Positions 59,579 to 64,000 of a DNA stretch of 64,000 nt are shown piece after piece (the stretch's first letter is position 1; the number at the start of each line of letters is the position of its first letter). A model generated the notes under the pieces. It saw only the letters and a list, made by a program, of their open reading frames with translations. It was not told where the DNA came from and did no database searches. Source of the stretch: Candidatus Eiseniibacteriota bacterium (GTDB lineage Bacteria; Joyebacterota; Joyebacteria; Joyebacterales; Joyebacteraceae); the NCBI GenBank assembly GCA_043819135.1, contig JBDRFG010000072.1:8240-72239 (forward strand), written 5' to 3'. Both the position numbers and the translations under genes were made by a program.

Positions 59579-60685
59579 TCACCTCACGTCATCAACGGAA
59601 ATACCCCGTTCCTTCGCCTTGCGGTCCATCCACTGCCCGGAATTTTCCGGGGGCCGTTCGACTTCGCCCTCGGGCCGCCGCTCCATGGCGAGCGCCTCCA
59701 CGGCACAGGCGGACACGCACACTCCGCACCCCACGCATCGCGCGTAGTCTACCACCGACAGATCCCCGTCCTTTGAAAGCGCACCGAACTGACACCGGCG
59801 GACGCACGCCCCGCATCCCGTGCACCTGTCCTCCGCCACGACAGCACGGAAGTCGGACCTGGCCACGGCCGTGGGGACACCGAACTCCGCCACACCTCTC
59901 ATGACGCCGCAACAGCACGTGCAGCAATTGCAGATGTAGAATATCTGGTCGCGCTGGTTCATCGTCGAGTGCACGAGCCCCTCGTCCGCCGCCTGCGCCA
60001 GGATACGGCGGGCCTCGTACTTCGTGATCGGGCGCGTTTCTCCGCTCCCGTCGAAGACGCCCTCCTTCGGGGCGAAAACGAGGCAGTTCTCCACAGTGTG
60101 GTCACAGCCCTTGCCGATGAGCTTCTGCTGCACGCGGCAGATGCAGTTTCGCACGCCCCACGCCCCGGCCCTTTCGAGGAGCTCCGACGCTCTCTCATAC
60201 GGGAATATGTCCAGATCCTGCGGGACGGACTCGTCGACGGGTATCACCCTGTGGACCGACGCCCCGCCGTCCGCGTTGCTGCCCCCTTCGCTCTCCGTCA
60301 TCCAGTTCTCGAACAGAACAGCCATCTCCTCGTCCATCCGGCCGAGCTGCTGCTCGTAGACGCCGACGATGAACGGCATCAGCGAGTACCCGGGACCTGA
60401 CTCCCCTCCGGCCACACGGATGAGTCCATTGCTGCGCATCTCACTCAGCATGCGGGCCGCCGTCTCTCCGTCCACGCCCCCGCGCTCACCTATCTGCGCG
60501 GCCGGTTCGGGGCTCAGCCGCATCACGCACGCGAGCTCCGCTTCCTCGCGAGTGAAGAGCTTCTCGAGCAGCCTCAACTCGGCTCCGCTCGTTGTCGCCG
60601 CGAACCCGTTTGGGATCTCGTCAAGCCGTCTTGCCAACCTTCTGTAGACATCATCACTCATCCGACGTCTCCGATCAGATCCCAC
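59579..60685 (-). CDS. Fe-S cluster protein with unusual CNCCTCCCG motif plus 2x[4Fe-4S] ferredoxin domain
   Basis: CxxCxxCxxxC repeats (CTGCGACVRRC, CVGCGVCVSAC) preceded by FYICNCCTCCCGVM. N-terminal region without known motif. Confidence 0.6.
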   Translation of the reverse strand: MGSDRRRRMSDDVYRRLARRLDEIPNGFAATTSGAELRLLEKLFTREEAELACVMRLSPEPAAQIGERGGVDGETAARMLSEMRSNGLIRVAGGESGPGYSLMPFIVGVYEQQLGRMDEEMAVLFENWMTESEGGSNADGGASVHRVIPVDESVPQDLDIFPYERASELLERAGAWGVRNCICRVQQKLIGKGCDHTVENCLVFAPKEGVFDGSGETRPITKYEARRILAQAADEGLVHSTMNQRDQIFYICNCCTCCCGVMRGVAEFGVPTAVARSDFRAVVAEDRCTGCGACVRRCQFGALSKDGDLSVVDYARCVGCGVCVSACAVEALAMERRPEGEVERPPENSGQWMDRKAKERGISVDDVR

Positions 60686-61805
60686 GGGCCGTGTGGATGG
60701 TTCCCAGCCTGTCTTCGTCCAGCGTAACGTATTCCGCGTGGAGGTTGCATGTCAGGCACGAGTGCACCGGAAGCACGCAGACCAGTCCTCCCCGCGCCAG
60801 GTCAGGCGACGGCCCCGCGCGCATCGCGACTACTCCGTGCTCTTGCGAGAGCGACACGAGCGGTGCATCGCGTGTCGCCGCTCCGGGCCATCCGAGGCTC
60901 GCCTCGCCGAAGACCGTTCGGCCGTCCAGATCCTCGATGGAGTCAAGAGACAGGTGCACGGCGCCTCCGTACAAGAGCGCCCGCCCGGACTCAGGATAGA
61001 CGCCTATGACGGGGCAGGCAACCGCAACGGCGATGTCCTCTATAGAACAGGCCCCGATGGCAACCTGCGTCAGATCGTAGAAGACGGAGTTGCCGGGCCT
61101 GATCTCGTCGACGCCGGGGAACCCGTCCACCAGGCTGGCGCTGGGCGTGTCCCCTATGGAGATGGCGCAATCACCCACACCCTGCGAAGCGAGCAGGGCT
61201 TTCGCAGCACCCAGCCTCTGCATCGCCTGCGCGTGAGCACGGACAACGCCCTCGCTCGTCCTCTCGTGGTACACGAGCCCGTTGTGCGTCAGCACACCGA
61301 CGAATTCCAGGCCGGCGGCTCCCAGCACTGCGCCGAACACGGCAGACAACAGCGCCTCGTCGTCCCACGAGACGCCCGCTCGCCCGTAGCCCACGTCGAC
61401 CTTCATCCAGACGCGGAGCTTCGCCGTCACCCTCCGAGCCAGAGCCTCCACCGCCTCCGTGGAGTCGACGACGACGCCCAGCCGCACGCGTTCGGCCAGC
61501 TCCGCGACCGCTTCGAGTTCCCGGAGGTTCACGGGCGACGCGACCGTCACGTCCGTCCACCCGTCGCCCGCGAAGTACCGGGCCATCTCGACCGATGAGA
61601 CCGTTATCCCATTGACACCGAAGTCCCTGAACCATCGCCCCACGCCCAGGGACTGGTGCGTCTTGAAGTGAGGGCGAAACGCGACGCCCGTCGAAGCCGC
61701 GCGCTCCGCCATACGCTCGACGTTGCGGAGGACCCTGTCCCGGTCGAGGACGAGGGTCGGCCGTTCGATGTTCAGTCTGTCCAGCGATGCGTGGCTGCCG
61801 CCCAC
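60675..61805 (-). CDS. Alanine-racemase-fold PLP enzyme of the D-serine dehydratase-like / D-threonine aldolase (DSD1) family
   Basis: N-terminal TIM-barrel RPHFKTHQSLGVG (PLP Lys). C-terminal D-ser_dehydrat-like beta domain. 11-nt overlap with the Fe-S gene start. Confidence 0.7.
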   Translation of the reverse strand: MGGSHASLDRLNIERPTLVLDRDRVLRNVERMAERAASTGVAFRPHFKTHQSLGVGRWFRDFGVNGITVSSVEMARYFAGDGWTDVTVASPVNLRELEAVAELAERVRLGVVVDSTEAVEALARRVTAKLRVWMKVDVGYGRAGVSWDDEALLSAVFGAVLGAAGLEFVGVLTHNGLVYHERTSEGVVRAHAQAMQRLGAAKALLASQGVGDCAISIGDTPSASLVDGFPGVDEIRPGNSVFYDLTQVAIGACSIEDIAVAVACPVIGVYPESGRALLYGGAVHLSLDSIEDLDGRTVFGEASLGWPGAATRDAPLVSLSQEHGVVAMRAGPSPDLARGGLVCVLPVHSCLTCNLHAEYVTLDEDRLGTIHTARGI

Positions 61806-61860
61806 CGCGTCCTCCCGGCGTTGTGTGTCCGCCCTTGACCCTCGCCCGTGCGCCCCACCG

Positions 61861-62373
61861 CTACGACGCGCTCCCGAAGAGGATCACACCGCCTACGACA
61901 ACGCATGTGGCGAAGAGCGCCCACGGCTGCATCGTGCCGGCGAGCGGCAGGACCTGCGCGGCGCTGAGCACAAGGGTCGCGCCCGACAGCACGCCGAGTC
62001 CGAAGAGGGCGCCGCCCGCGTGTCTCACCACCCGCTCCGAATCGGACACGCCCGAGAACATGGAAGCCACCAGCAGTCCAACGAGATAGGTCGCACCGAA
62101 GCAGGCCCAGGTGCGAAGCAATCCCGCCTCGTAGCGCCCTTCGTAGGAACCGTAGAGAATGGCGGCTCCGCACAGCAGACCGAAGACGATGAGCGCGACG
62201 CCCACGTATCGCCCGATGATCACCGGCGTCTCCCCCTTTCGCTCCGCGTGAACCGGAGTGCGGACCACGTGTCGTCTATGGCGTAGACCTTGCAGTCCAC
62301 GAGGCCCGGTTTCGCGTGGATCAGTCGTATGGTAGCCATGGCGCATGCGCGGTGGCGAGGGAACGCCTACCAC
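61861..62373 (-). CDS. Hypothetical 4-TM membrane protein
   Basis: 170 aa, hydrophobic helices only. Confidence 0.4.
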   Translation of the reverse strand: MVGVPSPPRMRHGYHTTDPRETGPRGLQGLRHRRHVVRTPVHAERKGETPVIIGRYVGVALIVFGLLCGAAILYGSYEGRYEAGLLRTWACFGATYLVGLLVASMFSGVSDSERVVRHAGGALFGLGVLSGATLVLSAAQVLPLAGTMQPWALFATCVVVGGVILFGSAS

Positions 62374-62867
62374 CCCGTGCTGCTGCCGCTCCCTTCAGTG
62401 GGGTTCAGGAATTCGTTGAACTCAGATGCCGAGACAAGATCGCAGGCGCTGAACGGTGAACCCTCCGTGCTCGTGAGCCATCGCAGACTGCTGAGCGTGT
62501 CGGCCCTGGCGGGGATCTCCACTCTGGTCGAATCGGCCTCGAACAGCACCTTCCACCCGTCTCCCTCAAGGGCGAGTCGGCCGGCGGCAAAGGCCCACGT
62601 GCCCGTCGCCACGGGTGTGGCCTCCGGTCGCATCTGCCGCTCAAACCGCCGGTCCCGTTCCTCCTCCACAACCAGGAAGCTGCCGTCGTTCTCTAGCACA
62701 AGCACCATGCACGTGTCGCCGCTCGCGACGCTCACGTACTCTCCGTCGAGCCCGGCGTACTCCACCGGAGTGGGCACGGTGCTACCGCACGCCCTAAGAA
62801 GCATGGTCGCGACGACGACCGCGACCCAAACCCGTCCGCGCGTCACCAACCCTGAGTCAACCCGCAT
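62367..62867 (-). CDS. Hypothetical secreted protein
   Basis: Signal peptide MLLRACGS. 7-nt overlap with downstream ORF. Confidence 0.4.
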   Translation of the reverse strand: MRVDSGLVTRGRVWVAVVVATMLLRACGSTVPTPVEYAGLDGEYVSVASGDTCMVLVLENDGSFLVVEEERDRRFERQMRPEATPVATGTWAFAAGRLALEGDGWKVLFEADSTRVEIPARADTLSSLRWLTSTEGSPFSACDLVSASEFNEFLNPTEGSGSSTGW

Positions 62868-62889
62868 GCGACCCCCGGCGCAAGAAGCG

Positions 62890-63381
62890 CTAGTCGAGCG
62901 CCATCTCGAACAGCTCCACGTCCAGCAGCCGGTCGAACTTCTTTCCCACCCTGTGCATCACTCCAACGGAGGAGAAGCCGCTGGACAGCAGCAGCTCCCG
63001 ACTGGCCACGTTGCCACTCTCGACACGCGCAATGAGCACACCGTGGCCCGCCGTCCGCGCGCGCTCCACGATGGCCTCATGAAGCGCGTGTCCAATGCCC
63101 CTCCGCCTGTGCGTGGCCCGCACAAAGAGCGACCCTTCTACAGTACGGGCGTAGGCGCCTCTCTCGGACCACGGAGTCAGCGATGCCCAGCCCACTATCT
63201 CCGAGTCGCTTTCGGCGACCAGGATCGGGTACGCGTCGTCCCCGTGGGAATCGAACCACTCTCGCCCACGCTCACCGTTTCGAGGCTCCGTGTCGAAGGT
63301 GCTCGTGCCGCTCGCCACCTCATTATTGTAGATCTCGTTCATGGCTGCGAGATCCGCGGCCCGCGCCGTCCGCACCCTCAC
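62890..63381 (-). CDS. GNAT N-acetyltransferase (phosphinothricin-acetyltransferase-like)
   Basis: ...RRRGIGHALHEAIVERARTAG... acetyl-CoA binding motif. Confidence 0.75.
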   Translation of the reverse strand: MRVRTARAADLAAMNEIYNNEVASGTSTFDTEPRNGERGREWFDSHGDDAYPILVAESDSEIVGWASLTPWSERGAYARTVEGSLFVRATHRRRGIGHALHEAIVERARTAGHGVLIARVESGNVASRELLLSSGFSSVGVMHRVGKKFDRLLDVELFEMALD

Positions 63382-63425
63382 GAGGACCTCCCCGGCGCCT
63401 TTGACGCGCGCCGTTCCTTCGTGGC

Positions 63426-63680
63426 CTACGATTCTCCGGCGTCTGAATCGGGGAGCAACTCCTCGAATCTCTTTCTGTCGAATCCTACGATCGCCTCTTC
63501 TCCGACAAGCGTCACCGGAGTGCCCCTGAATCCCAGTTCCTTGAAGTCTGCCATCGCCTGCTCGTCCTCGAGGACGTTTCGCTCAGTGAACTCGATGCCC
63601 TTCTCGTTCAGGTAGGCCTTCACCCCGGCGCAGTGCTGGCATCCCGTCACCGTGTAGACGACTATCTCCTTGCCCTCCAA
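63426..63680 (-). CDS. Glutaredoxin/NrdH-like redoxin
   Basis: IVVYTVTGCQHCAGVKAYL...GFRGTPVTLVGEE. Confidence 0.7.
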   Translation of the reverse strand: MEGKEIVVYTVTGCQHCAGVKAYLNEKGIEFTERNVLEDEQAMADFKELGFRGTPVTLVGEEAIVGFDRKRFEELLPDSDAGES

Positions 63681-63731
63681 GGGTCCCTCCTCGTTGTCCG
63701 GGACGTAGCATTCAGCGGACGCCCGAAGAGC

Positions 63732-64000
63732 TTACCGACTCCGCTCCCCGACGTCTCGCCTGCGCTCTCCCAGAAGAACGGTATTGCGAAGCTGCTCCGG
63801 ACCCGCCGCCGCCATCCACTTGACGTCGAATCCCGGTTCCTGCGTGATCTGCGCGACGTGCATGAGCGCCCTGAGGTGGTAGTTGCGTTCGTCGGCCGAA
63901 CCCATGAGCACGAACACCGCGTGCACGGGCGGCACACCCTCGCCGAACTTGATGCCCTGCCTCGAACGGGCGAGCAGCAGCCGGAAGACGCCCTCTCCCT
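63732..64000 (-). CDS. C-terminal fragment of an unidentified protein; gene continues past the window end
   Basis: Open frame ...VFRLLLARSRQGIKFGEGVPPVHAVFVLMGSADERNYHLRALMHVAQITQEPGFDVKWMAAAGPEQLRNTVLLGERRRDVGERSR-stop. No family assigned. Confidence 0.3.
   Translation of the reverse strand, partial: GEGVFRLLLARSRQGIKFGEGVPPVHAVFVLMGSADERNYHLRALMHVAQITQEPGFDVKWMAAAGPEQLRNTVLLGERRRDVGERSR

Overview
High-GC (about 67%) chromosomal segment from a Gram-negative bacterium; LPS transport (Lpt) and KDO biosynthesis genes plus sigma-54 show the lineage but not the phylum. Almost everything is on the minus strand, so genes run from high to low coordinates. No tRNA/rRNA genes, CRISPR arrays, transposases or integrases were found.

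Main blocks:
- 399-12790: UbiA prenyltransferase, dut, then the conserved operon rimP-nusA-infB-DUF503-rbfA-nrnA-truB-ribF-rpsO-pnp.
- 12946-20168: a 2104-aa secreted protein ending in Phe (giant outer-membrane beta-barrel signature), followed with a 1-nt stop/start overlap by an M28 zinc lipoprotein that resembles glutaminyl cyclase. This is the most unusual locus. I propose it as a SprA-like (T9SS translocon) candidate plus a cargo-maturation enzyme; that assignment is inference, not shown by the sequence.
- 20601-23026 (plus strand, divergent): lptF-lptG.
- 23043-39505: a long translationally coupled minus-strand array: lptB, rpoN, a lipoyl-domain protein, lipA, hpf, hprK, a mannose-family PTS (IIA, IIB, an embedded GH57 glucanotransferase, IIC, IID), ptsH, ptsI, PGI/PMI, a sugar-phosphate nucleotidyltransferase, metK, ahcY.
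- 39528-46696: LptC/A-like lipoprotein, kdsD-kdsC-kdsA-pyrG-kdsB, an MBL hydrolase, rpmA-rplU.
- 46971-64000: EamA transporter (plus strand), a PAS/GAF hybrid histidine kinase, and accessory-looking genes. These include a DUF1028 Ntn-hydrolase-TPR protein, an MNT/Lnu-like nucleotidyltransferase next to a low-GC small ORF with a caspase-like His/Cys arrangement, YihY, a ferredoxin:disulfide reductase (FTR-like plus rubredoxin) coupled to a glutaredoxin-like protein, glnS, an Fe-S protein with an unusual cysteine cluster overlapping a DSD1-family PLP enzyme, and several hypotheticals.

Many ORFs in the six-frame track are antisense or alternate-frame artefacts of the high GC content and were discarded. 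Start coordinates I derived from the printed sequence lines rather than the track may be off by 1-2 nt.
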